Of a DNA stretch of 39,958 bases, positions 7,862 to 17,008 are shown piece by piece. Origin of the DNA: Armatimonadota bacterium. Its GTDB lineage: Bacteria; Armatimonadota; UBA10988. The notes under the pieces are model-generated. The model was not told the DNA's origin, ran no database searches, and saw only the letters and a program-made list of their open reading frames with translations. The translations under genes and the position numbers were made by a program. The DNA lies in NCBI GenBank assembly GCA_016235455.1, contig JACRKZ010000086.1, positions 1 through 39,958 on the forward strand, given 5' to 3'. Position 1 is the stretch's first letter. Each line of letters starts with the position of its first letter.

Positions 7862-9577
7862 ATGACCGCCTGGCTGATGCTGCCCCTGCTCCTGCTGGCG
7901 CCGCCCGCGCCGCACCCGTGGTTTCCTCGACCGCCGTTGCCCGACGAGCTGATCATCGTGCCGTTTCAGGGCGATGCGCAGCGCGGCCTGCTGCTGGAGT
8001 CGCTGGCCGGCGTGGCGGCGCGTGCGGCGCTGGACGCCGGGCATGGGCCGCTGGTCTGGGAGTACCACGACCACTCGGACTACCGCGCCCTGCTGACCGC
8101 CTTCGCCGCCGCGCACCCGCTGCAGCGCATACCTCTTGACCTGGAAGCCGCGACCGCCGAACTGGCCCAGCGCGGGATCGTCCGAGGCTACCTGCTGTGC
8201 CGCTATGAGGACAGCAAGCGCCCTTGGCACGAACTGGGCCCGCACGATGAGAGCGTCAACGTGGCCACCTCGCTGGCCGGGCTGATGCGCGGCGTGGTGG
8301 TCACCGAGGCGCTGGAGCCCATCGCCCAGGCCGCGGGGCTGAGGCGCCTGGCCGACTGCCGTCCCATGACCGAGGCGGGCTGCCTGGCAGCGCACGCGGC
8401 CGAGTTCTCGCGGCTCGGTGTAGGCACCGGCGAGCCCCGCGCACGCAACGCTCGCTCGCTGATGATCGCCCAGCGCCTGTTCGTGTGCAGCGGCGTCGGC
8501 GAGGCCTACCGCGCCGCCCTGGTCCGCTGCGCGCCCGACTCGCCGGTGATCGGCTGGGGCCTCGGCCCCGAGGACGGTCAGACGCTGCCGTCATCGCGCC
8601 ACGGCCTGTTCCAGACCGCCACCAACTGGTGCCACAACCTGACTGTGCTGGCCAGCGAACAGCCCGGCCGCGACGTCGATTGGGCTGCGCTGCGGGTGCC
8701 CCCGCCTCCGGCGACCGCACCGCCCGAGCGCGGCCGGCATTATGTCTGCCTGACGCTGACCGACGGCGACAACATCCAGTGGATGATGGGCAACTTCGTG
8801 GCTGGGTCGGAGGGCCACAACTACTACGGGCATCCGCGGCGCGGCGCCATCCCGTTCACCTGGGGCGTGCCGGCCTCGGGCCTGCTGGCGCTGTCGCCGC
8901 GCACGCTGGCCGGCATCTTCACCACGGCCACGCCCAACGACGACTTCGTGCTGTACAACGGCGGCGGCTACTTCTACCCCGACGTCTACGGCGCCGACCG
9001 GCCCGACGACCGCTGCCTGAGGCTGCAGGCCCAACGCCTGCGCGCGGTGGTCGAACGGACCGGCACCAGAGTGCTCGCCTTCAACTTCCAGAAGTGGAAC
9101 AGCGCCGAAGCCCTTCGCGCCTGCGCGGTGTTCGCGCGAGAGATACCCTCTTTGCGCGGCATCCTGGCCTTCCAGTACTATCCCTACTCAGGCGGCGCCG
9201 GCGCGGTCGAGTGGGTCGACGGCGCCGCGGGCGACCACTGCCCGGTCATCAGCTGCCGCTACACCGTCTGGGCCGGCACCGGCCGGCCCGCCGATACCTC
9301 ACCGTCGCGCGTGGCCGCCCAGCTCAATCGCCTGCCCCGCGTTGGCGACAAGGCCACCGCCGACAACTTCTCGTTCGTGCTGGTCCACGCCTGGTCGCGC
9401 TTCCGCCAGCCGCGCGCCGGCGTGGTCGAAGACACCGAGGACGACGTGCCGCAAGACGCCGACGCCGGCTCGAGCCGCGGCTACGACCCCGCGCGCTGGA
9501 CCGCCGAGCGCCTCGATCCCCAAGTCGTTCCGGTCGGCGCGGCCCGCTTCGTCGAACTCATCCGCGCCACGCTATGA
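7862..9577 (+). CDS. Secreted GxGYxYP-domain putative glycoside hydrolase
   Basis: Signal-like N-terminus; SVNVATSLAG, TDGDNIQW, P.TWG and GGGYFYP motifs; RBS GAGGA. Confidence 0.82.
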   Translation: MTAWLMLPLLLLAPPAPHPWFPRPPLPDELIIVPFQGDAQRGLLLESLAGVAARAALDAGHGPLVWEYHDHSDYRALLTAFAAAHPLQRIPLDLEAATAELAQRGIVRGYLLCRYEDSKRPWHELGPHDESVNVATSLAGLMRGVVVTEALEPIAQAAGLRRLADCRPMTEAGCLAAHAAEFSRLGVGTGEPRARNARSLMIAQRLFVCSGVGEAYRAALVRCAPDSPVIGWGLGPEDGQTLPSSRHGLFQTATNWCHNLTVLASEQPGRDVDWAALRVPPPPATAPPERGRHYVCLTLTDGDNIQWMMGNFVAGSEGHNYYGHPRRGAIPFTWGVPASGLLALSPRTLAGIFTTATPNDDFVLYNGGGYFYPDVYGADRPDDRCLRLQAQRLRAVVERTGTRVLAFNFQKWNSAEALRACAVFAREIPSLRGILAFQYYPYSGGAGAVEWVDGAAGDHCPVISCRYTVWAGTGRPADTSPSRVAAQLNRLPRVGDKATADNFSFVLVHAWSRFRQPRAGVVEDTEDDVPQDADAGSSRGYDPARWTAERLDPQVVPVGAARFVELIRATL

Positions 9578-9703
9578 GCCGCTCTGGCTACAAATGTGGC
9601 CTCTCCGCCCCGTATCGCCCGCGCGCATTCGAATGCACATGTCGCCGAAAGTTTACGTGGATGTGCCTTACCGTTTGGGACTCTGGGCCTACATTGTTCC
9701 CGA

Positions 9704-9816
9704 GGCCGAAGGCGTAAGCCTGTGGGGTCGTCGATCCGCTGGTTGGATCGTGTCCGCTCGGAAGCGGGCCAAGCCCCCGAGAGTGAGTCTGGGAGACACC
9801 TCTCGCTGCTTCGGCC
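9704..9816 (+). ncRNA. Candidate multibranch structured RNA (riboswitch-like leader)
   Basis: Closing helix GGCCGAAG 9704-9711 / CTTCGGCC 9809-9816 enclosing stems 9724-9728/9773-9777, 9732-9737/9745-9750, 9752-9758/9763-9769, 9778-9783/9800-9805; TACATT at 9690-9695 just upstream. Confidence 0.5.
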
Positions 9817-9831
9817 AGACGGGAGAGAGAA

Positions 9832-10068
9832 ATGGACTGGCAGATGTTCCCCGGCCAGACAGTGCAAGACGCGCAGAGCTACCCCGAACCGCACATCGCG
9901 GAGTTGGCGGCGCTCTCGCTCGTCACATATCCGCGCCCCCGCAGGCGCTTGGCGGCCAAGCTGAGCCACCTGGTGGGCAGCAGTCTGGCGACCTTTACAC
10001 TGGCCCCGCGGTCGTGTTGGCTGCAGGTCCCGGACTTCCTGATGCGGCACGAGTCGGACCGCAAGTGA
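9832..10068 (+). CDS. Hypothetical small protein (78 aa)
   Basis: Purine-rich RBS GGGAGAGAGAA directly before ATG; lies between a putative promoter/leader and a strong hairpin; no family recognised. Confidence 0.5.
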   Translation: MDWQMFPGQTVQDAQSYPEPHIAELAALSLVTYPRPRRRLAAKLSHLVGSSLATFTLAPRSCWLQVPDFLMRHESDRK

Positions 10069-10092
10069 CGACTCGCCGCTGATCGGACAGCA

Positions 10093-10153
10093 CGGAGCCC
10101 TCTTCCGCGCGCATCAGACTCCGCCGCCGGAGTCGCGCCAGAAGGGGGCTCCG
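10093..10153. terminator. Long hairpin between convergent genes, probable bidirectional terminator
   Basis: CGGAGCCCTCTTC...GAAGGGGGCTCCG outer stem with inner GACTCCG/CGGAGTC stem; only a short T run follows. Confidence 0.55.
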
Positions 10154-10168
10154 CACTTTGGTCGACCG

Positions 10169-12286
10169 CTACTCTTCCCACGCCCGCGAGCGCGGCAGCC
10201 ACACCGTGAAAGTCGAGCCGCGGCCCAGCGCGCTCTCCACCTCCAGCCGGCCGCCATGGGCTTCGACCAGGTGCTTGGTGAGGTAGAGCCCCAGGCCGGT
10301 GCCGCCGATGCGGCGGCTGTGGGCGTCGCGCAGCCGACCGTACTGGGTGAACAGCGAGGGCAGATCCTGGCTGGCGATGCCGTAGCCGTGGTCGGCCACC
10401 CGCAGCGCCACTTCCGCCTCGCCCGGCTCGATGACCAGTTGCGTCGTGGAGCGCGGCGGCGAATACTTGAAGGCGTTGTTGAGCAGGTTGGTGAGAATCT
10501 GCTCGAGCTTGTCGCTGTCGGCGTCGATGCGGATCTCGGTCCCGGGCGCGACCAGCTCATAGGTGTGGTCGGGCGAGTAGACCTCTTGCGCGTCGATGAC
10601 CCGCCGGGCCAAGGCCACCAGATCCACGCGCTGCCATTGCACTTCCAGCGCGCGGCCGGAATCGATGCGGCTGATGCACAGCAGGTCGGCCACCATGCGG
10701 CGCAGGCGGTCGCACTCGTGGTCGATGATGCCGATGAACCCGCGGTGGTCGTCGTGCTGCAGCCGGGAATCGGCCAGCAGCGCGCTGGCGAAGCCCTTGA
10801 TGCTGGTCAACGGCGTGCGCAGTTCGTGGCTGACGAACGACACCAGTTCGGTGCGCAGCTTGGCCAGTTCGGTCAACTCGGTGATGTCGGTGCAGACCAC
10901 CACGCGGCCGACGCGTTCGCCGCTGGGCCCGTCGACGGTGGCGCTGTGCACGCGCATGACCCGGGGCTCGGGCTCCTCCAGGCGCGTCTCGCGACCTTCG
11001 TCCTCGGTGTCGCCCATGGCCAGCACGGCTGCCAGCGTCGGGTTGCGTACGTCGAGCAGCGCCTTGCCAACCAGCGATTCTCGGCCCAACCCGAACATGC
11101 TCACGGCCGCGTCGTTGACCATGAGCAGGTTGTTGTCCGCGTCGATCATGATCACCGCGTCGGCCATGTGCTCGATCATGGCCGTCAGGCGCGCCTTCTC
11201 GTCGGACAGCCGGCGGTTGGTCTTCTGCAGCGCGGCGTCGGCGCTCTTCACCCGACTGGCCAGCCGCCGGTAGAGCTGGGCGCGCTCGAGCGCGACGGCG
11301 GCCTGACTGGCCAGCGCCTCCACCAGACTGGTGCGCGCGTCCAGATCCTCGACCTCGGGCAGATTGACCAGTTCGAGCGCGCCGATCACGCCGGCCGGCG
11401 TCTTGAGCGGCACGGCCATCAGCGACCTGGTGCGGAACCCGGTGGCCAGGTCCACGTCCTGGAAGAAGCGTTCGTCGGCGTAGGCGTCGCGCACGAACAC
11501 CGTCTCACCGTCCTCGATGCAGGCGCCGACCAGCCCCTTGCCGCGCTCGATCTTGATGTCCAGCAGTTGCGCCTTGGCCGCGCCGACGGCCTGAAAGAAC
11601 CGCAGCACGCCCGTGTCGGCATCGGCCAGCACCAGCGAGCCGCCGATCGCCTGGGTGACGTCCATGGCCGACTGGAGGATGGTGCCCACCAGCTCGTCCA
11701 GGTCGTGGACGCGGTTGACCGTCCGGTCAATGTCGATCAGCGTGGTCAGCTCGTCGTTGCGCCGGCGCAGTCCGGTGACCAGCCGCGCGTGAGCCACAAG
11801 GACCGAGACCTGCGCGGCGATGTCGGCGATGAGTACCTCGTCGGCCGGGCTGTAGGGCTGGTCATCGACACGGTTCAGCACCTCGATGGCCCCATGAACG
11901 ACGCCGTCGACGCTGAACGGCGCACACAGCACCGAGCGCGTGTAGAACCCGGTGGCCTCATCGGCCCGCATGCAGAAGCGTTCATCAGCTCGCGCCGAGG
12001 TCACGTTGGCGATGCGCTGGTGCTCACACACCCAGCCGGCAATGCCCTCGCCGCGGTCCAGGCGTACGCGATTGAGCAGGGCGCTCGAGTCATCGGGCGC
12101 TGTGTAAAAGACGAGTTCGTCGGTGGCGGAGTCGACCAGCACCAGCGAGGCCGCGGCTGACCGGAAGGCCCGACAGAGGTGCGCCGACAGGGCCACGGCC
12201 AGCGAGGCCACGTCGGTCGCTTGAGCCAGCAGCGGCGTCAGGTCGGCCAGTGCGCTGGCGCGTGGGTCCACCGGAGGCTCCATCAT
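10169..12286 (-). CDS. Cytoplasmic sensor histidine kinase (GAF-GAF-coiled coil-PAS-HisKA-HATPase)
   Basis: Two GAF repeats (GEGIAGWV/GKGLVG, D.RF...D.ATGF.TRS, GAIEVLN/GALELVN); SHELRTPLTSI, NLLNNAFKYS, DHGYGI, GGTGLGL; no TM segment; RBS GGAG before ATG12286. Confidence 0.93.
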   Translation of the reverse strand: MMEPPVDPRASALADLTPLLAQATDVASLAVALSAHLCRAFRSAAASLVLVDSATDELVFYTAPDDSSALLNRVRLDRGEGIAGWVCEHQRIANVTSARADERFCMRADEATGFYTRSVLCAPFSVDGVVHGAIEVLNRVDDQPYSPADEVLIADIAAQVSVLVAHARLVTGLRRRNDELTTLIDIDRTVNRVHDLDELVGTILQSAMDVTQAIGGSLVLADADTGVLRFFQAVGAAKAQLLDIKIERGKGLVGACIEDGETVFVRDAYADERFFQDVDLATGFRTRSLMAVPLKTPAGVIGALELVNLPEVEDLDARTSLVEALASQAAVALERAQLYRRLASRVKSADAALQKTNRRLSDEKARLTAMIEHMADAVIMIDADNNLLMVNDAAVSMFGLGRESLVGKALLDVRNPTLAAVLAMGDTEDEGRETRLEEPEPRVMRVHSATVDGPSGERVGRVVVCTDITELTELAKLRTELVSFVSHELRTPLTSIKGFASALLADSRLQHDDHRGFIGIIDHECDRLRRMVADLLCISRIDSGRALEVQWQRVDLVALARRVIDAQEVYSPDHTYELVAPGTEIRIDADSDKLEQILTNLLNNAFKYSPPRSTTQLVIEPGEAEVALRVADHGYGIASQDLPSLFTQYGRLRDAHSRRIGGTGLGLYLTKHLVEAHGGRLEVESALGRGSTFTVWLPRSRAWEE

Positions 12287-12295
12287 CAGCACTCC

Positions 12296-14827
12296 CTAAG
12301 CATCGGTCAGCAGCCGTCGGGCGCTGATTGGCGTCGGCGGCCGGCATTCCTCCCACAGCGCCGAGGTCACCGTGACCGGCGCCCGTCGGCGGAAGACCCG
12401 GCGACCTACGCGGATCTCGGCCTCCAGCGTGAGCTCGCGCTGGTCGATGCCGGGCGGCAAGTTCAGCCGGAAGGGCACCGTCAGCCGTTTGGGCTCGCCC
12501 AGATCGAGCGTGGCGGACACGGGCTTGGCGCCCGGCAACTCCAAGCGCACCTGCGCCAGCTCGGCCAATGCGCCGCCGGTGAGCGTACAGACCACCGCCG
12601 CCTCCACCAGCCGGCCCGCCGGCACGGGGTCGGGCACGGCCAGGCCGCCCACCAACACCGTGGCGCGTTCGCCCACCGGCACTGGGCTGAGTACCGCGCA
12701 AGGCACCACCATCTCGTCGAGGCTGAGCCCGCCATCGGCCATGACCGCCTCGCGCGCCGCGGGAGCCAGCCGGTCAGCTCCCATTGCACACCACAGCCGG
12801 CGTCCGCCGACGATCATCTCCAGCACATCGTCGCGCTCGTTCACCTGGCCGTCGGCCGCCACACAGCGCGGCGCGAGCACCTGGCCCGACAGCGATAGCC
12901 CGGCCGCCTCGCGGCAGCGCACCGCGCCGCTGGTGCCGAGCAACACGATGACCTCGGCGCGGCGCGAGCGCGCCAGCGCCACACCAGCCTCGGCCAGCAG
13001 GTCCAACCGGCGACGCCAGCGTTCCACAGGCACGCCCGTGGCCGGCCCGGCCAGCAGGTTGACCGCCACCAGCCGCAGTTGGCCGCCCGCGGCGGCGTGC
13101 GCCACGCAGCCTTCCTCGGCCAGCCCGGCCAGCGCGCGCGGCACGGCGCAGGTGCGCAGAGCCAGCTCGGGCCGCGCCGTGCGCAGCAGCTTGGGCCACG
13201 ACTCGCCCTCGCTCAGGCCAGCGGCCACCGCACGGCGCAACGACTCCTCGGCCGCGGCGGGTAGACTTGCCGCCACCGCGCGCACGTGGCAGTCGCTGAC
13301 CTCGGCCAGCGGACCCGCCAGGCAGTCGCCCCAGGCCCGCCAGGGAAGGCCGGCCACCAACAACACCGTCACGCGCGGCTGGTCGGGCTCGGCCAGCAAG
13401 GGCTTGACCAGGTAGTCCCAGGTGCCGTCGACCTGGTGCTCGCCATCGAGGCCGCTGAGCGCCAGCCACGCCTCGCGGCAGCCGCCCTCGAAGCCCGCCA
13501 GCGCCTCGCGCGCCAACTCCACGCGGTGGTAGAGCGAGCGCAGCACGGCCTTGTGCCGGCCGGCATCGGGGCGCGGCCGCCAACCCGGCTCGGCCACGCT
13601 GTTGCGCGTCAGTGCTTGCGCGGCCGCGACCGCATCCTGCCCGAGCGTGTCGATCTCGGTGTCCACCATCCAGGCCAGTGCTCGCGCCTGCCGCGTGGCC
13701 AGACCCTCCTCGGGCCGCGGCGCGGTCAGTCGATGGCGGCCGCGATCGAGTCGCAACAGGGCACGCAGCAGTCGTGCATGGGCGCGCACGGCGCGCGACT
13801 CGCTCAGTTCGTCGGCGCGTTGGTCCAGGCTGTCGAGATCGCATTCCAGGCGCGGATCATCGGCCAGGCGATCTGTCGCGCAGGCTTCCAGCAGAACACG
13901 TAACGCCATGAGTGCCAGCGGCCCGCAGCGCAACTCGCGCCTGACCACCAGCGCGGCCACCTCGATCTCCTCGATGCGCAGCGCGCGGCACAGCGCGGCG
14001 CGTAGCGGACCAGTGAGGGCCGCCTCGGCCAAGGCCTGCTGGCTGGCGGCCAGCTTGCGGTTGGCGCTGGCCAGGCGGTAGGCGACGCGCGCCACCGCCG
14101 TGGCGTCGACGCCGGCCAGCCGCGCCGCGCCCGGATAGATGCGCGGCAGCTCCTCGCCCACGTTGGCCACATGCGGTCCGAGCAGCGCCACCAGCCAGGT
14201 GAGGCGCGCCGCGGGCTGCGGGTCGCTCAGGTCTACCCAGCACAAAGGCGCCGGCTGTCGGCTGAGCCAGTCGCGCAGGCGGACCGCCAATGGGCAACGC
14301 CGCGACTGCAGCCCGGCCAGCAGCGGCGCGCGCTCGTACAACGCTTGCCAGGCATCGGCCGGCTCGACGGTCTGCGCTGGGTCGAAGCCCAGCACCGCGC
14401 GCACGACCATCTCCTCTAGCTCGTCGGGGGTCGGCGTGCGCAGTCGGCGCCGAGCGCGCGTCAGCCCGCGGAAGCAGGCGTTGACCAGGGCCGGCTCGCG
14501 GTCCAACCAGGCCGGCCAGTCGTCATGCCCGCTGCCCAGGGCCAGCAGCCCGCGCGGCGTCACATCCAGCACCAGCCCGTCCAACGACGCGACGGCTTCA
14601 AGATCGGTGGTGAACACCTCGGCCCGGCGGCGGACCACCAGGTGGCGCGCGGCACGGTCGCGCCCTCGCCAGTCGAGGCGGAAGCGCAGGTTCGATTCGG
14701 CGAACCACACGGTCCAGCCCGGTGGGTCGAGCTGGTCGAGCAGTCCGTGCGAATCGCCCAGGATGACCAGCCGGGCGTCGGGCGCCGAGTCGGCCAGCCA
14801 GCGCGCGATGACCTCACTCGGTCCCAT
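12296..14827 (-). CDS. PglZ-like (alkaline phosphatase superfamily) protein with degenerate active site and C-terminal Ig-like domain
   Basis: N-terminal LVILGDSHGLL as in BREX PglZ; ordered blocks VTVLLVAGLPW..W, ASLP....SLR, IVLLGTSG, PR, DGGLSLDEMVVP align to PglZ vvDG, LPT.T..SR, iTSDHG, HGG.S..Em.vP. Confidence 0.65.
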   Translation of the reverse strand: MGPSEVIARWLADSAPDARLVILGDSHGLLDQLDPPGWTVWFAESNLRFRLDWRGRDRAARHLVVRRRAEVFTTDLEAVASLDGLVLDVTPRGLLALGSGHDDWPAWLDREPALVNACFRGLTRARRRLRTPTPDELEEMVVRAVLGFDPAQTVEPADAWQALYERAPLLAGLQSRRCPLAVRLRDWLSRQPAPLCWVDLSDPQPAARLTWLVALLGPHVANVGEELPRIYPGAARLAGVDATAVARVAYRLASANRKLAASQQALAEAALTGPLRAALCRALRIEEIEVAALVVRRELRCGPLALMALRVLLEACATDRLADDPRLECDLDSLDQRADELSESRAVRAHARLLRALLRLDRGRHRLTAPRPEEGLATRQARALAWMVDTEIDTLGQDAVAAAQALTRNSVAEPGWRPRPDAGRHKAVLRSLYHRVELAREALAGFEGGCREAWLALSGLDGEHQVDGTWDYLVKPLLAEPDQPRVTVLLVAGLPWRAWGDCLAGPLAEVSDCHVRAVAASLPAAAEESLRRAVAAGLSEGESWPKLLRTARPELALRTCAVPRALAGLAEEGCVAHAAAGGQLRLVAVNLLAGPATGVPVERWRRRLDLLAEAGVALARSRRAEVIVLLGTSGAVRCREAAGLSLSGQVLAPRCVAADGQVNERDDVLEMIVGGRRLWCAMGADRLAPAAREAVMADGGLSLDEMVVPCAVLSPVPVGERATVLVGGLAVPDPVPAGRLVEAAVVCTLTGGALAELAQVRLELPGAKPVSATLDLGEPKRLTVPFRLNLPPGIDQRELTLEAEIRVGRRVFRRRAPVTVTSALWEECRPPTPISARRLLTDA

Positions 14828-15341
14828 CGCGCCACTCCCCGACCGCCGCGCCGGCCATGCAGGCCGGCGGCGTCAATCCCAGATAGAGTTTGGGCCGACC
14901 CAGGCGCACCCGCCCGGGCATGACCCATACCAGCCGCCGCCGACCGCTGGCCAGGCGACCCAGGTCCAGTTGCTCGGCCAAGGCCAGTTCGGGCTCATGC
15001 ACCACGAGGTCGTCGGCCCCGGCGAAATCGGCGAGCAGGCGGTCGTAGGCCGCGGCCAGCGCCTGCCGTGTCTCGGCGCGCGCGGTCTCCAAGCGCAGCT
15101 TGCCGCCCGGCTCGGCGCGGCGCCGCGCGGCCTCGTGCTCGCGCTCCGCCAAGCCCTCCACGTCGGGCAGACGAGCCAGCAACTCGGTGGTCAAGGCGAG
15201 GCGCGGACGGTCGGCCAGAGCCGTGTCCAGAGCGCTGGGCAACGCAGCAGACATCGCCGCGCGTTCCGGCGCGGTGAGTAGCAGGACCTGACCCGTCTCT
15301 GCCCCCAACAGGGCTTCGAGCGCAGCACTTTCGCCAGCCAA
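14814..15341 (-). CDS. BrxF/BrxB-like small inactive P-loop-fold protein
   Basis: VLLLTAP (eroded Walker A position), LALTTELLARLP, LVVHEPEL, RRLVWVMPG....G..KLY resemble BREX BrxF/BrxB patterns; TTG15341 has GGAGG RBS; 14-nt overlap with the PglZ-like gene. Confidence 0.5.
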   Translation of the reverse strand: MAGESAALEALLGAETGQVLLLTAPERAAMSAALPSALDTALADRPRLALTTELLARLPDVEGLAEREHEAARRRAEPGGKLRLETARAETRQALAAAYDRLLADFAGADDLVVHEPELALAEQLDLGRLASGRRRLVWVMPGRVRLGRPKLYLGLTPPACMAGAAVGEWRDGTE

Positions 15342-15631
15342 CCCGACCTCCGGCTCCAAGCGAGGGTATGCCCCCAACAACCCAAAGCCACACCGGTAAG
15401 GCGGGACGGCGCTGGGCGGACAGGGACTCTAGCATTCGCCGACGATAGCGCCAAGCCTGCCGACCTCCTGGCACCACCTCACGAGTCCAGACCGGTGGAC
15501 GACTCGGCCCAGGCCGGCCCGGCGCGCGTCGTCAGTGGGCCGGCAGGCCAGAGCAAACAGGCGCTAACTCGGCCCGGCGGACCGGCCGCCGGACTCCTGC
15601 CCCAATGGAGGCTGGTCGCCGACTCGTCCGG

Positions 15632-17008
15632 TCACTGTCCGTGGGCAGCGGGCGCCCCTGGGGCAGGCGGCGACTGCGTCGAGGTCGAGCCGTCGAGCAT
15701 GGCCTGGTACCAGAATCCCGCGCGCCTGACCTGGCCCCACGCACAGTGATGCCGGGTCGGACCGGACGCCTTGTCGGCCACGAGGGGCGCGCCCTCGCTG
15801 CCCTCGATCTCGGCGAAGGCCAGCACCTTGCGCAGATTGACCATGCCCGCGAGCCGCTTGCCCGCGAGGGCTGGCGAGTAAGCGTAAGAGATGAGCGCGG
15901 CATTGGCCGCCGCCGGACAGACAAAGGGCGAGCCTCCGTCGCGCGGCTTGGCCACCAGCGGACGCAGCGCCTCCAGCCAGCCGTCCGCGGGCGGCAGCTT
16001 GCCATCGTGGCCGGCGGCATACTCCTTGAGGGCTTTGGCCAGATTCCTCATGCGCTCGGAGCAGGCATCGCTCTGCTCCTGGTCGCGCGTGGCTCGCTCG
16101 AAGGTCCAATCGTCGGGCAACACCATCGCTTCGCCGGTGGCCGTGGCGTAGATGATCGTCTTGCCGTGGCGGCCGCGCAAGGCGTCTAGCCGGTTCGGCG
16201 TGAAGGTCATGTTGGCGGCATCGCCCTTGACGCAGGCCAAGGTCACCGTCCGGCGCTGGTGCTCCCAGTCGTTGTTCAGCTCGGTGCCGCCCAACTCGGC
16301 ATTGAAGGCGTAGCTGAACTCCTCGTCGTCATGGTCGGGGCAGACCATGGCCTTGGGGTCCTCCAGGTAGGGCAGCAGTTCGTCGTACCAGGTGGCCGCC
16401 GCCGGCAGCTTGTCGCGATGCTCCTCGGCATAGCTGCGCAGCGCCTGGGCCAGTTCGCGCAGCTTGCTCATGCACTGCCAGGGCTGGGCATCCTCGGGCT
16501 CGGCCAAGGCGCCCTCGGGCACCGCGTCCATCATCTTGGCGATGCTCATGATCACGCTCTTGCCGTCGGGCGCGGTGGCCTGCAGGCTGGCCGCCAGATC
16601 CACCAGCCAGGTGCCGTCGGCCTGCTTGGCCAGGACCAGCTTGGGCTGCAAGGTGACGGTCTTGGTCAGATCGTAGGTGACCTTGTCCGCGCCAGCCGTC
16701 GCAGGTGCAGGTACCGCCATCAGCGTCGACTTGGGCATGGGGAACAGCGCCAGCTCGGCCAGACCGACCTCGCTGAGCAGCTGGCCCTCCGGCCCGCGCG
16801 TCATCTGGCCGACAAAGAGCGTGAGGAACGTGTCCAGGTTCTTCTCGCGCGCGCTGAACTCACGTACAGCCACCAGATCGGAGCGCTGCACGGCGTTGAG
16901 ATAAGCTTGCGCTACCGCCTCGGGCTTGGTGCGGTCCACCGCAGGCGCCTGGGCCCACGCCGCCACGCCTGCCAGCAGCCCGATCGCCATCCATCGCCAC
17001 CGCCCCAT
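15632..17008 (-). CDS. Secreted protein with NTF2-like N-domain and two tandem DUF1559-like domains
   Basis: Signal peptide MGRWRWMAIGLLAGVAAWA; twice C...LR.LA.AL..YA..H..KLP.A..W...L.P....F/MVCP...SYA; final RH...LDG; RBS GGAG. Confidence 0.7.
   Translation of the reverse strand: MGRWRWMAIGLLAGVAAWAQAPAVDRTKPEAVAQAYLNAVQRSDLVAVREFSAREKNLDTFLTLFVGQMTRGPEGQLLSEVGLAELALFPMPKSTLMAVPAPATAGADKVTYDLTKTVTLQPKLVLAKQADGTWLVDLAASLQATAPDGKSVIMSIAKMMDAVPEGALAEPEDAQPWQCMSKLRELAQALRSYAEEHRDKLPAAATWYDELLPYLEDPKAMVCPDHDDEEFSYAFNAELGGTELNNDWEHQRRTVTLACVKGDAANMTFTPNRLDALRGRHGKTIIYATATGEAMVLPDDWTFERATRDQEQSDACSERMRNLAKALKEYAAGHDGKLPPADGWLEALRPLVAKPRDGGSPFVCPAAANAALISYAYSPALAGKRLAGMVNLRKVLAFAEIEGSEGAPLVADKASGPTRHHCAWGQVRRAGFWYQAMLDGSTSTQSPPAPGAPAAHGQ

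Noticed and set aside
9770-9805. Resemblance of GCCCCCG and GAGTCTGGGAGAC to cobalamin riboswitch elements
   Set aside because: The GGGAA, CTGT and GCCACTG core elements are missing and the spacing is too short; kept only as an unclassified RNA candidate.
12296-15341. Functional BREX defence system
   Set aside because: brxC, pglX, brxA and brxL are absent from the flanks and the PglZ catalytic residues are substituted.
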